Source of the DNA: Octopus bimaculoides
Taxonomy: Eukaryota
Direction: 5' to 3'
Assembly: GCF_001194135.2 (NCBI RefSeq)
Contig: NC_068995.1
Location: 20,487,061 to 20,551,060, forward strand
Length of the DNA stretch: 64,000 nt
The notes below the pieces were generated by a model, which did no database searches, was not told the DNA's origin, and worked only from the letters and a program-made list of their open reading frames with translations. Shown here in pieces: positions 1 through 12,812 of the stretch (its first letter is position 1; each line of letters starts with the position of its first letter). The position numbers and the translations under genes were made by a program.

Positions 1-572
1 GTGGTAGTGTATCTTTTGTAAAAGGGAAGTTGTATAATACCTTTTGGATTATCATTTCTATTTAATATCTCGACTAAAACAAAAACATTTATTTTTCAGT
101 ATTAGATGACTGCCATGCTACAGCAACCACCATCTTCAAGGTTCTTAGTGGATTATAGTGACTTAAATGATTTAATTTGGGAATGGCTGTATTGGGAGGC
201 TCATGTAGGTACACCTGGTTTATACTTTATTAGAAATTTGGGGATCCATTCAGCCTAATGAAAGAAAAGAATGCACGGTTGATAGGTGTGGAGAAATAAG
301 AATATTGGCCCAGCACTAATATTGAAACGTAACTAGACAAACTGCCTAACTGAAAAACTAGAGCATTTCTCAATTAACTGACTGTTTAGCTTTAATAACA
401 ATCATACGATGTAATAAATGAATTTGATTTCTTAAATGGGCACAAGACCTGAATAATAGGGATTAGGTAAATTCAATGAGATCATTTTAGGATGACATTG
501 TCCCAGTGTTAAGGTACACAACCGTAAATACCACAAAGTGCTTTGTTCATGGCTGTATTGATTTTGACAATC

Positions 573-642
573 CAGTACCCTATGAATAAACCCTCAAGTA
601 TATTATCAGTACCCTATGAATATACCCTCAAGTATATTATCA
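573..642. repeat. Tandem duplication, 34-bp unit x2 (one mismatch)
   Basis: cagtaccctatgaata(a/t)accctcaagtatattat starts at 573 and 607. Confidence 0.9.
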
Positions 643-1671
643 AATGTAGCTGCCAAATGATCCTACCTTTATGCTGTTGATCATCCTGCTAGATATTGCA
701 GCTAAATCTCTCAAATTCCACCAACCAGTCTGAGATAAATCACAAATTATGACTAGAAATAAGAAAGAATAACAAAAACACAGATAGGTCATAGATGAAT
801 GCTTTTGATCATGGACAGGACTGCCATGTTTGTGGCTAATTTGTTGCTTGAAAACTAGATGATGTCTTTGGTGCTTAAAATTTAGGCCGAGGCCTTGAAG
901 GTTGGAACCTCTTGTTAGGCAGACTGACTGAGAGAGGAAAATAATACAGCAAAAATAAATAAATGAAAAATGGTTGTGGCAAATATTGAGCTCTTCTAAA
1001 TATCACTATAACCTTTTCGAAGGTTGTAGAAGAGAATGAGTCCAGCTAATTTAAAGATGTATTTGGATTTTCGATGCTCGCTTCCATTCAGTTGAATTGT
1101 AGCTAGATACAGCAACATTCCTTTTCTTTTTTTTAGAGGGAAATTTTAAAGAATTTTTAGCATTCTCCAAATGCATGGATTCACGCCTTTGGCTTATTTG
1201 AGTTATTTCCCTTAGCTCATTTTTAGTTCATATACCTCTATAAGACACTGACTATAACTCAAGACTTTGGTGGTCCCATGCTGTTGCCATTCCCAGCTTG
1301 TTCCAATTTGAACCTTTGACTGTTAATTAAAATGGTTCTACAAATCATCACAGGTCAAGAAACGGGATTCGTTCTTCCATTTAATTCTTTGTTTATTTTT
1401 CTTCATTTGCTTAACCACACCCAAAACTGACTAGTTCTGTCTTCCTTCCTTACATCTTGCTTTCTACAACACACACACACACATAATCTGGTGTGTGTAC
1501 TGTCTCTCTTCCATATATATATATATAGTGTAGATAGATAAACTTGAATATTCTAAATATTGCTTTGTCGAGGTGAATATTATTGTCACTTTATACACTC
1601 TGCTGTCTAGTCTCTTAAGGGTCCTTCATACATCATCTTAGAAATATTCTAGTTGTTTTTCTATTTTGGTT

Positions 1672-1865
1672 TAGCCATTAGACTGCAGTCACGCTGGAGT
1701 AGTGAATAGAATTGACCTTAGTGTTTTTTCTTCTTTAAGCCCGGTACATCAAACGTGTGCTTCCAAATCCACTCAAGGCTGTAGTCGAATACACTTGCCC
1801 AAAGTACCACAGTGGGATTGAACCATGCGGTTAGAAAACAAGCTTCTTTACTGCACAGCCATGTC
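1672..1865 (-). mobile_element. tRNA-derived SINE family A, degraded/internally deleted copy
   Basis: Contains ccaaatccactcaagg..acacttgcccaaag..cacagtgggattgaacc..aagcttct..cacagccatg, the reverse complement of the head in the + copies at 18093 and 30292. Confidence 0.7.
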
Positions 1866-3442
1866 TTGGGATTTTTTCTTTTGCCTACCATTTTCCTTTC
1901 TATTTTCAGGTCAGCTGATGTTGAAATATAAATTTTATTTCACACATGAACCTATGCCGAAATATATAGTTTTATCTAAAATATTAATGAATAAAGAAAA
2001 TAGAAAAGTAACTCTATATAATTGCTTTTTCTGACAAATCTACCTCATGTAAAATGAAAGAGTATCCTGGGATAGGTGATAATTGCTTTAAGTGTCCTAT
2101 ACATTATGCCAGTCAGTGTGAATGCTGTAAAAGATAGCAGCCAGTCATGAAAACACCTGCCTTCAAGTGGGATGTTTTATGCCCATCCTCTTGCATAGGT
2201 TTTCTTATTTTTTAAGTCCACAATGCTATGTATCTATTTCATTAGCAATCAAGTATTAGTCTAATAATTCAAATATGTGAAAGGTTTAATTACATTAATT
2301 AGATGAGCATTATCTTCGTTACTTTTAATTAAATGAAATTAAAAGTCTTTTGAAATGTTAATGTTTCATTAGTACAGGTGTAAATAACGCATCTCGTGGG
2401 CTGAGTACAGAAAAAAATCTATTGTTTGTCCTTTTATTGTGCTCTTTAGCTTCCCACCCTAACAATCAGCTCTTATTGTAGTCGGTGGTGGTGGTGGTGG
2501 CTAAGTGTTTATAATCCGCTTAGTTAAGCTGGTAATGTTAATCTGGGTATATTTGTTGCTTGATCTCTCCATGAGTTTGTATGCTGATATTATATATACT
2601 GCCTTAACCTGCTAACACCATAAATGTTATTCCTCCATAATCTCTCTCATCTGTCTACCTTTCTATTTAATTCGTTTTCCATCCACACTGGCTCTGCATA
2701 TCCATTAATACTATAATAAAGTTTTCCTAAATGCGCAGCACTACTACAACCAAACTGCTTCCTAGCAATTTTGTGAATTTTGGCTTTTCTATTTTTCTTT
2801 TTTTTTAAAATAGGTTTCATTTAAATCTTAATGTTGCTTTTTTTTTTTATATATTCTAAGAACTATTTTCCTTTCCTCTCACTTTTATTTTAATTATCCT
2901 TTCTGTACTGATAATTAGTGAGTGAAGGTATTGTTGGTTTTGTGCTGAAGGCAATCAGCCAATTAGATAACTTTTTGTCATCAGAAATAGAAGTCTGGTG
3001 CAATTGCTGCGTTGGAAAATGGCTTTGTAGATTAGATTAAGTCTTACACAAAAATACTCTTTGTTAATCACATTTGACTCACCTTTTCTTAATTAATTTG
3101 AAAAAACATTAACGAAACAAGTTTCGTGATTTTTTTTTTTGTTCTCCTTTTACACGTTAAGCTCGTGTTTGAATGAGTGCGTGAAGGTGGGTGGTCTTAA
3201 GGTCACTGGGGTCATTTTTGTCTGGAGGGGGAAATAGAGTAAGGAACTACATTTTTTGATTCCTGTTTCAAGGACACCTTCCTATAACAACCAAGGAGAT
3301 GGACAATAAAAGTTAATGTTTCATGTTTACCCCACACGATAAGGATTCCTCTGCAATTAGTGTCGACCATTTCAACTATGCCAACAAGAGAGGCTTGAAT
3401 GTAGTTGGTCGCCCAACTAGAAATAAATCAGATTTCCCTTAA

Positions 3443-3622
3443 CCCTTTCAAATGTAACATTTCTGCATTCACATTGTTTTGTATTAAGCGTGCATTATCT
3501 CATAGCTTTGAGGATTTCAATATTACTTTCAGAATCACATTGTAAGGTAGGTGTGATAAGTTGGATGTGACTGGTCTCATCATAAAACAAGTTGAATATT
3601 TGGGCCTCATATGGTTAAAAGG
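3443..3622 (-). mobile_element. piggyBac-type MITE, same family
   Basis: TTAA|ccctttc..cattgttttg..gcattatctc..cattgtaaggtaggtgtga..aaagg|TTAA. Confidence 0.75.
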
Positions 3623-3666
3623 TTAATTTTTTTTCTTTCTTAGAAAGCATACACTGGACAATGATC

Positions 3667-3669
<3 letters not shown>

Positions 3670-3713
<44 letters not shown>
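3670..3713. repeat. (TA)n microsatellite
   Basis: Direct inspection. Confidence 0.95.
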
Positions 3714-3717
<4 letters not shown>

Positions 3718-5789
3718 CACATGTGCCAGTATGGACAATGGACGTTAAATATATGCTAGCATGGACAATGCACGTTAAATGCACATGAGTGTGCACATCC
3801 ATGGAGTCTAAACACCGTTTATATTAATGTTCTGTGTTATTTAGTATCTTATAAGTCGGCAACAGTACAACACAACGGTATTAACACTGTGATCTTAGCT
3901 TTTAGGAATGTTTTGCTTGAGAAAATTGGGAAATTAAAGTGGGAAATAGTAGATCATTGATTGAAACGATTTGGTGTTACATGTCGGTTTTAATTAATCT
4001 TTTAAAACAAAACAATTCAATCCATGGAAGCAAACACGGTCTCAACTCGTGATTCTAGATTTGAGACGGATCAGCTCGTTTTGTCGATATTTAGTTTGCA
4101 TCCTAATGTTGAAAGTTGTGGAGTAGTCACTCTTTGAAAATTATTTTAGTTGCACCTGTCAAACTAACATCATGGAAACCATACAAAATGCATATAGATT
4201 ACGTGACCTGCATGTTGTAACCACCAGGATTCATTCAACACTTCAAACTCGGCCACATGTTAAGAGTCTCATTGCATGCCTCTTTCTCTCCTTATAAATA
4301 TGAAAAGTCCATAAGTGAGAATATCATCCGAATGATTTCATATACATAAAACAAACAAGGGAACAAGGGGCCTAACTGTCGAATTAATCGATATTTTTGC
4401 TGCTCAGAACTTCAAAAGCAAATCCCATAAGCTCACATTTTCTTTGACGGGACAGTGCTGCTGCTGCTTGCTAGGCACGTCTGTTCGAGCAGACTTGGTT
4501 GAGGCTTTTAACCAACTAATATTACGAACAAGAGACCTTTCCAAGTTTATAAGTTGTTTTGGATGTAAGCTTTGTGTGTGTGTGAAATTTAAACTGTTTG
4601 GGTGTGTAGTGTAGATCTAATGTTAGAAAATGTTAAGGTGTGAAGCACTGTATTATTGAAATTCAATTCACACAGTTGCTTGTAACTGCCGCTAAATTTT
4701 AATTACTGAATTCCAATTGATGTTTTTATAATATATTGTTTATGGTACAGATAGCTTCAAGAATCCCATGATTAACCCAAACAAATTAGGTTATGTTGGT
4801 ACGGATATATTTTATACATATGTATGTATGTATGCATGTATATATATATATATAGCAAGCAGCATACTTGTCTGCTTAGACATTCTTTTGATATTTTAGC
4901 ATTTGTTTGGCTGTGATGGAGAATGAGGAACTATCATCGTTAATTCATTATTAATATTAATATTAATCTATTGTGTACGTGATTTTTTGTTTGTATTCGT
5001 TCTGAAACTGACTGGTTCGAAACTAGGGCAAATAGTGTGTACTACTACATTGTCGGTTTTGCTAGACAGTAGGTAGTCCCTCTCTCTCTCCCTCCTAAAG
5101 AGGTTCCTCTACTCTACGATTGCACTACTAACATCTCTATTACTGCTATGACTTTTACTTCTACAGCACTTACGACCATGCTAATATGCAACTGCTATTA
5201 TTACGACGTTGCTACTAATTATTACGACTGATAAGGCTGCCTCTACCGTTACGACTGCCACTGTTAATCGACCATGCTAATATGTCAATCGGCTTTGTTC
5301 CGTCTGTATTTGTTGATAACTTTTACTCTCGGCAAGTGAACAATCGCTGCTGCTGCTACTACTGTGTGTGTGTGTGTGACTGACTGAGGGGTAGGGGAAA
5401 TTTAGTTAATACTAAGCTATCTTACTATAATTGATACTATCGTTTTATTCAGAAATCTTGTCTCCTGCTTTGCAGTTTTATGTACTAAATTCCCTGCTTC
5501 TTATAGCTATTTTTTTTCTCCCCATCTGACCTTTGTAGAACCCATTTTGATCCATTATGTATATATTTGCATCTCACGTCAGCTTTAGGAAGATCTGAAG
5601 CAACAACTCCGTCCATCCCTCCTTTTTAAGTGTCCGTTGCAAAAATCATTTCCCCATCTTTTTATTTTTTTTAACTAATAAATGGAAACCATTCCGCTCT
5701 GGTTGTTACATTTATATTTTGGCAACTGGAGACTGAAAACTTGCCAGTTACATTCTTTATGTACATAGTCTGGCTCTTTCTTTTTTCTC

Positions 5790-6000
5790 TCCCTCTTTCT
5801 CGCTCTTTCTCACCCAACCCCCCCCTCTCTCTCTCTCTCGCCTTCTCTCACTCTCTCTCCTATCTTCTCTCACCCTCTCTCTCTCCATCTCTCGCATTCT
5901 CTCACCCTCTTTCATTTTTCTTCCTATCTAGTTGTGTAGTAACTACTAAAAGTACTTGGTTGAATTATCTGTGTGTGTGTGTGTGTGTGTGTGCGTGTGC
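5790..6000. repeat. CT-rich low-complexity tract followed by (TG)n
   Basis: Direct inspection. Confidence 0.85.
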
Positions 6001-8101
6001 GCGATATTATGTTGTGTACACACACCAAACGAAAGCTGTACTTACACTATCTGCATGTTACATATCTCTATTGTATGAACAATTCACATCTCCACTTTAT
6101 GCTTGTCTCTACAAATACATTGTGTGTGCATGCGGTTTTTGAAGGTCGTTTATCCTTGGCTGCAATTACTGTGTTTAAAGTGTGTATATGTATGTGTACA
6201 CACGTACATAATCAATGGGTAACGTAATTAAAACTTAGTGTATGTCGTTCAAATGGAAAAATTCCTCTCACAGCCATTATCATAATCTTCATACCAACGA
6301 AAACTACCTGAATAGTTCTCGTGTACTAGTAGCAGTCTGCCGAGTAGCCTAATTATTTCGTTGGCCTGAAGATACTCATTTATTTATATCAGTTAGGAGG
6401 CATCAGGTCTCGCTAGAATCGTCCTATTAGAATTTTCCAGCAAATAGGACAGTTTGCAGGTTTATTTGTTTTTTCTTCTTTCTCCCTCGAGCTGATGTTT
6501 GTTGTTCCAGAGCAGATCTGTTTTTTTTTTTCCCTAGTTTTCATTTATTTTTTCTTTTCGATTTTCAATTTTTGTTGTCTGTGAATTCCCTCCCCTGTTT
6601 CACTTTCAGCCCGTCTCTTTTGACCGACTTCAACTGATATTCCTCCAGCTATTGATTTTATTGGAACGATGCTGTTGTATTATTCTACATTGTTGTTGTT
6701 GTTGTTTAGAGGTCCTAAGCAGAGTAGAACAGCCAACAGGAATCTTGCTTTGTAGGATCGTATTCTGCTGAAGTCGGTTTTGTTTCTCATTTCACCTGTG
6801 TTTCTAGAATCATTTCCATTCAGTTCTTGAATTTCTTTGCAAAAACAGACCGGCAAGAGTTTAGATTTTTTTTTTTTTTTTTCCCGTTTCGAATCTTAAG
6901 AGTTTCTGTTCTTCATCCCCAGAATGTACAAAGTAGGGACGATTATTTCACTCGAAAATAGTCATTTTTAAAGTTAACTATTTCTCTTTGCTGTCATTTC
7001 AGTGGAATAGTTTTAGCAACGCTTGTACCTAGTTGAAGCAATGAATGATTTCCTAATTTCCAACTGCTTGCTATTTATTTACTCCTTTTGGGAACAGGAC
7101 TAGACAGGTTATTGGTGTATTTGTCTGACAGCTGATTGTTGTAAGGCTTTCTTCGAATACCTAGTTTCTTTCGTAGGCCACTACTCAATCAAACTAATTT
7201 CTTTTACTATAATCCCATAAACGCCTACTCGCAGACGCTTTATTAACATAAACGTCACAAGTTCAATGCTAGTTATTTCCTTTAGTTGGAAACCTATTAC
7301 AGTATAGCATCTCTTTCTCTCTCTGGTCTCTTTACCTAGCCTCTTAAAATCTACCTGTTTTCTTTGGAATTCCTTTCATTTTTATCTTCCATAAACTAGA
7401 AACTTCAAGGATGTGTTTTATACCAATATAGCATGTACCATAGTTGTGCAGGTTCCTTTCCTGCACGGATTAGTTAATACCCAGCTCCTTTCTGTTCACA
7501 CACACATACTCTGCTAGTTCTTTGATACTCTGGAAACTGGTAAAATTGGAATTACTCTACCATACTTTAGTGACCATATTTCACATGAAATATGATGATC
7601 CGTTTTACTTGAAATTTTTGTTTTGATAAAGATTTTAAAGGATATGAAAGGCAGCCTCAGGTGGAATGGTGTCAACAGAACTAAAAGGTCTAAGTGGACA
7701 ATGATATGTCATATTTGTAGATGTTGAAGTAGATTATACCATCACTAACAACTTGAAAGGATGTTACATTGTCTGGAGTAAAAGCTAGGGAGATTTTAAA
7801 GAGAAACTCGTACATTTGAACTGAATTTAATGAAGACCAAGACATTTGAAAATTTGCAACAAAAATTTAAGTGATAATGGGGTGTTGTAAATTAAATTTT
7901 TTCTTTTACTCTGGTACTGGTTTCAATCATTGAATTGCAACCATGCTGAGAGTACCCACTTCTTTCAAAAGTTTTAAAGGATCATGTCAACCCTAGTAAT
8001 TATTTCATTTTGCTATATACCTTATTGATCCTTGTCAAACTGTTACAAGATGTAAAGAGACCCAAATGCTAGTTTTCAGACCAGTGTAAACATACAGATG
8101 T

Positions 8102-8485
8102 TTTAGTGTCCACTTTAATGTGCTAGTATGGTTTCAACCTGAAATTTAGTTTGAAGCATGATATTTTGGCCAGAATGCTCTTGTCACTAACCCTCACCTG
8201 TTTTCCAGGTAAGGGATTTTCTTTTTTATATATTTCACAAGTGTTTGCCAGTGTAGAGGCACTCAGTCATGTCAACAAGGAATTTCAACATAAGCATTGC
8301 TTAGCAGTGACAAGCAATGCATCAAGATTCCTGTATATGTGAAATGCACAAGAATAGACATGATACAGTTTCCACATTACCAAATCCACACAATGCAAAT
8401 AATAGCTGGTCCAGGGTGATAGAAGACACTTCCCTGATGTACCATGCAGTGAACCATTTGTGAAATGAACTTCTTGACCAGATAA
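8102..8485 (-). mobile_element. Composite SINE (family A head + alternative 3' body), degraded
   Basis: Head at ~8367-8485 (ccaaatccacac..gatagaagacacttccc) plus a body (ctcttgtcactaaccctcacctgttttccaggtaag) that matches the 43156-43520 element. Confidence 0.55.
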
Positions 8486-8879
8486 TGATATATCTCTATA
8501 TACCCAAATTCTCCAAACAGGCACCTTGAAATAAATCTTTCTGAATGTGAACACCTCACTGGCTCCAAAAAGAAACACAGTTGCTTCTGTTTCTCAAAGA
8601 TAACAAAAATTGTTTCTTGAAGATGAAATTCTTCTATATTGCTCCACTTCACATGGCTGTTGGGTGGGAAAATGGATCCTCCTGTAGACTTAGTCTAATG
8701 ATACGGAGAACCTGATGCCATTTACCTGTGAAGCCAGAGCTAATTTTACTAGTGGCCTATACTCATAAATCAATATTAATTAATTTTAATCTGTCATGTT
8801 TGCTAATTTCAGTGTTTTGCTATGAAATATTTTACAGTGGGTCTAAAACTGAAAACCTAAGCCACATATTTTACAAGTA

Positions 8880-9850
8880 CTAACTACAGTAGTGACCTAG
8901 AAATGCAGAATATTTCAGTTAAACAATGCATGAAGCTTATGTATGAATCCTGCAATAACTTTGGTGTTTTGTGTGCTGATGGAATATCAACTGTATTGTA
9001 ATGGCCTATATTTAGGGTCTTTCTTGGTGAAACACTGTACCAGTCATTATTGTGGTTACCTCGAATGGAGCCAGATATAAACCTCAAGGCTGAGTATCTT
9101 GTCTGTGGCAGCAAAATAGTTATATTTCACTGGGGCTCATTAGTTTTTATTAGAATATTTGTCTGTCACTAGTTTGGACTCACTAGTTATTAGTATGATA
9201 TGAAGGTACATATTTAGCAGCAATGTGCAATGTTCACGTGTTTGATTGTCTTGATATGTCTTATTATCAGCCTGACGTAGGAAGAAATCACTTCTGAAAT
9301 TCTTTCAGTGAGAAATACCGAAAGTAGCAGAGTAATTAAGAGCTCAGTCACTGAGTGTACTGTATGGTTAGGTAGCTCACACTTGACAGAAATCTACTGA
9401 GTTGACCAGTGATAGTCCCATACAGAAATATTATTCCGAGACTTGCATCTTCTCAATTTGATAGACCTTTTTCTTGCATTTAAATGCTAGACATCTTGGT
9501 CTAATTTTGGTTTTTCAGCTTTTGTCTGTGAAATCACTTTCTTCAATTCAATAGAAAGCTTTTATCTCTTTTAAAAAGCTGATATTGATTTTAAGCTCAG
9601 CTGCTATTAAGTTCCTTTTGGTCCTCAGTTTCTTCCTTATATTTGCTACAACAGCTTTTAGGGTCATATGTCACTAGCTTTCAAGTCCATTGCAATAAAA
9701 TTTGGCTTTCTACGCTAGTTCTTAGATTATGGATCTTCAATATATTTCTTAATAGTTGCAAATGGTTTGTTCTTTGCATGAAATCCATTTTACAAACTAC
9801 TAGTTATAGAAACTAGTACTGCACATTCAACATTTATATTCAATCCATTA
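8880..9850 (-). mobile_element. Possible fossil non-LTR reverse transcriptase
   Basis: Minus strand: AVL..I...NGF..K.KP, FIAMDLKASD (9676-9699; cf. DLxKAFD), later SALRFISG (9070-9090; cf. ALRxITGA). No clear YADD. Confidence 0.35.
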
Positions 9851-11131
9851 AAACCTTTTTCTTTTTCAAATGGATTTCACGTCAAACATACAAAATGTTG
9901 GCATCAAATCATAGTTTAAACATCTTGCTAATACATAGTGATAGAACAAACACACACACACCCCTCACTTTTCTCTTTGCTCACTTAGATGAAAGTTTTT
10001 TGTTGAATGACATTTTTATTAGTGTATAATATTGATTTTTTTTTCAATGTTTTGGGTGGACGAAGATTAGCAAGACGTGCTAAGTATATGCATCAATGAA
10101 ATTCTTCGTGTGTGTACGTGTGCATGCACATGCACACACAACCTTTTGCATCAACTCTCTCATTTGTAAGTTTAATTTAAAATATAAATTTAGGATGTAA
10201 AGAGTAGGAAGAAGCTGATTTTTTCTTCTTCTGTATTGTGAATGATAACCTTGTGAACAAATGTGCACACAAACATACTTAAAATTCACTAATATGTTAG
10301 TTGTTGATAGTTGTACTGTGCACAGGGCAAATATCCTTAATTCTTGCTGGCTGAATCCACATACCTGCATATTAATCATGTGAACAGTAACCTAAATATA
10401 TATGGAGCTTATGATTGTACTCATAATCAGTGCATACCCCGAGGAAGAAAATCATATTCCTAGCCCTCTTGGCTTGATATATCATTTTCATGTAACCCAT
10501 TACCTCAGTAGTAATATTTTTTTAGAAAAGTTGACCAGGTAAGGAATTTCTTGCAAAACTCTAATCTGGTACAGTTTATATTTTCACTGAAAATAGATGA
10601 CATTTAGTATAAGGTTTGTATTATTTCATTGTCACATTAAGCTGTACCAATTATTTTCCATCCTGTGAATGTTAGAGGGATAGCAAGAGTTTCTACTCCA
10701 CATGGTTACTTGGAGTTCCACATGCTTGTTCGATGTGTATTTCATAATATAGTGGGCTAGGCTTCCTCAACAACATCAAGTTATGAATTGAGTGTGCATG
10801 TGTAATAGCATAATCTAAGATTATATAACCATGGACATAAACATTGATCTATCTGAATTAGAACTCAAGCTGGATGTGTCCACACCTCTTAAATGCAGAA
10901 CCAGGATGTTGAGAGTAGATTGCTTGTGTGAATCATAGCCATGAGTTGGCTTGTGCTATACACAATGAGTGAAGTTTAGTTCAAGCTCTGTTGACAGTAC
11001 TTTCCCCCACACACCTTTTTTTTTCTTTTTCTTTTTACACAAGTAATCTACAGATTATACAGTTTGTAATCCAGATCTTGCCTATAGATGCATGAAAAAA
11101 ATTTTTGTCAGTACATCAGCATATTTTTTAA

Positions 11132-11329
11132 CCCTTCTAGCATTTAAACCAGCCATATCCAGCCCAAATATTCAGTTTTATGTTCAAGTTGGCCAGATCT
11201 GGCCTTTCACACCAACCCCACAATGTCATTTTAAGAACAGTCAAATTCTGATGTCACAAGATTATGCATGATTAATTCAAAACAATGTGAAGGAATGTTA
11301 CAGTTGACAGTAATCCGAATACTAAAGGG
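11132..11329 (+). mobile_element. piggyBac-type MITE (~200 bp) with intact TTAA flanks
   Basis: TTAA(11128-11131)|cccttctagcatt...aatactaaaggg|TTAA(11330-11333). CCCT..AGGG termini with a TTAA target duplication are characteristic of piggyBac. Confidence 0.85.
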
Positions 11330-12277
11330 TTAAGGCAGTGTGAATACTTGATCTATTTAATCTCAAATCAAACCCGATTGAGCAGATATGAAATGTTCCA
11401 TCTTTTTGAAGAGTACTGGAAAACCGACCTTTTCTGCTCCAAAGAGAATGGAGGTGACAGATTTGGCTGCTATTTTTAAATGGCCATCTTACCTTGTAGA
11501 GTCACCTGGGAAAGTGACGGCTGTGATTAGATTAATGGAACTCCATCCAATAGCTTTTGTGAGTTTGTCCTGGGAAAGACTTTTGTTTCCTTACAAATGG
11601 ATATCAGATACAGAACCGTTTTAAGATGGCTCTATTTGCATGGCATAATGAATAAAAGGAACAATCAGTCTTTTAAATTTGAGATTCATCTCAATAGAAC
11701 CACAAGTCCTATGGAGATTTACTTCATTGTTTACTAGGATTGTATGTGCATATAAAATGCTTGTATGTCTAAAGCTGGGGATGTAATTTGTACCCATGTA
11801 TACACATCTTACACATGCACATGGCACTTTTGGAGACAACTTGCACATCTATCTATATACACATAGATCTCACACACGCACAACCACTTGATTGATTAAC
11901 TGTGTTAAATAAAGTTGGTTCGATATTTAACTGTGACTAATAATGAAGTGGAATTGAACCTATGCAAATGTCATTATTGGTGTTATGACTCAACCAAGAC
12001 AACAGTTTGTTTCAGCACACACATTTACATGAATCTTGTGCATCAAATACAGACGAAATGCGTGTGTGTGTGTGTGTGTGTGTATACGTGTGCATACATA
12101 CATCTCTCTAGATATCTAGTTTCATTCACATATACATCTCAGTACATATTCATTAGTCTGGGTATATCTGGGTTCGTATTACTTACCTGGTACACCCATT
12201 ACCCTGGTACATGTACCTTTCCTGATGTGCATGTCAGGGTACATGTAGTCATACATATTGTATGTACACCAAAATGT

Positions 12278-12650
12278 GGAGGTGCAAATGACCCAGTGGT
12301 CAGGGCAGCAGACTCTGTCATAGGGTCGTGGTTTTAATTCCCAGACTGAGTGTTGTGAGTATATTGAGCAAAAGCACCTAAATCCCCACAAGGCTCTGGC
12401 AAAGGGTGGTAGCCAACCCTGCTGTATTCTTTCACCATAGTTTTCTCTCCCACTCTCTTCCTATTTCTGCTGTACCTGTATTTCAAAAGGCCAGCCCTGT
12501 CGCAATGTGCCATGCTGAATCTCCCCGAGAACACGTTAGGGTACTTGTGTCTGTGGAGTGCTCAGCCACTTGCACATTAATTTCACGAGCAGGCTGTTCT
12601 GTTGATTGGTTCAACTGGAACCCTCGTCGTCATAACCGGAGTACCATGAC
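12278..12650 (+). mobile_element. Distinct tRNA-derived SINE, relatively well preserved
   Basis: tRNA-like head (ggaggtgcaaatgacccagtggtcagggcagc..ggttttaattccc) and body gctgaatctccccgagaac..gtgtctgtggagtgctcagccacttgcac..ggaaccctcgtcgtc. Confidence 0.7.
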
Positions 12651-12778
12651 ACCAACATAGTGTATATATACATATACATGTGCCTATTGTTCATGTGTAC
12701 ATACTCAGTGTCTGTGTGTTCACATGCATGCAGTGTCCTTGCATACATGTGCACACTTGCACTGATATTTGTGTGTAA

Positions 12779-12812
<34 letters not shown>

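Larger units (their letters stand above)
3100..7260. promoter_or_regulatory. CpG-retaining, promoter/5'-end-like domain
   Basis: CG dinucleotides are visibly denser (e.g. 3960-4090, 4380-4530, 5110-5340, 6240-6430) than in the CpG-poor sequence after ~7.3 kb. There is a TATAAATA at 4293-4300 and a possible donor GAT|GTAAGC at 4565. The assessment is by eye, not computed. Confidence 0.4.

Noticed and set aside
6961-7110. Candidate exon after ctgtcatttcag (AG 7001-7002)
   Set aside because: Only a weak donor (CAG|GTTATT), no coding signal, and no way to distinguish it from background.
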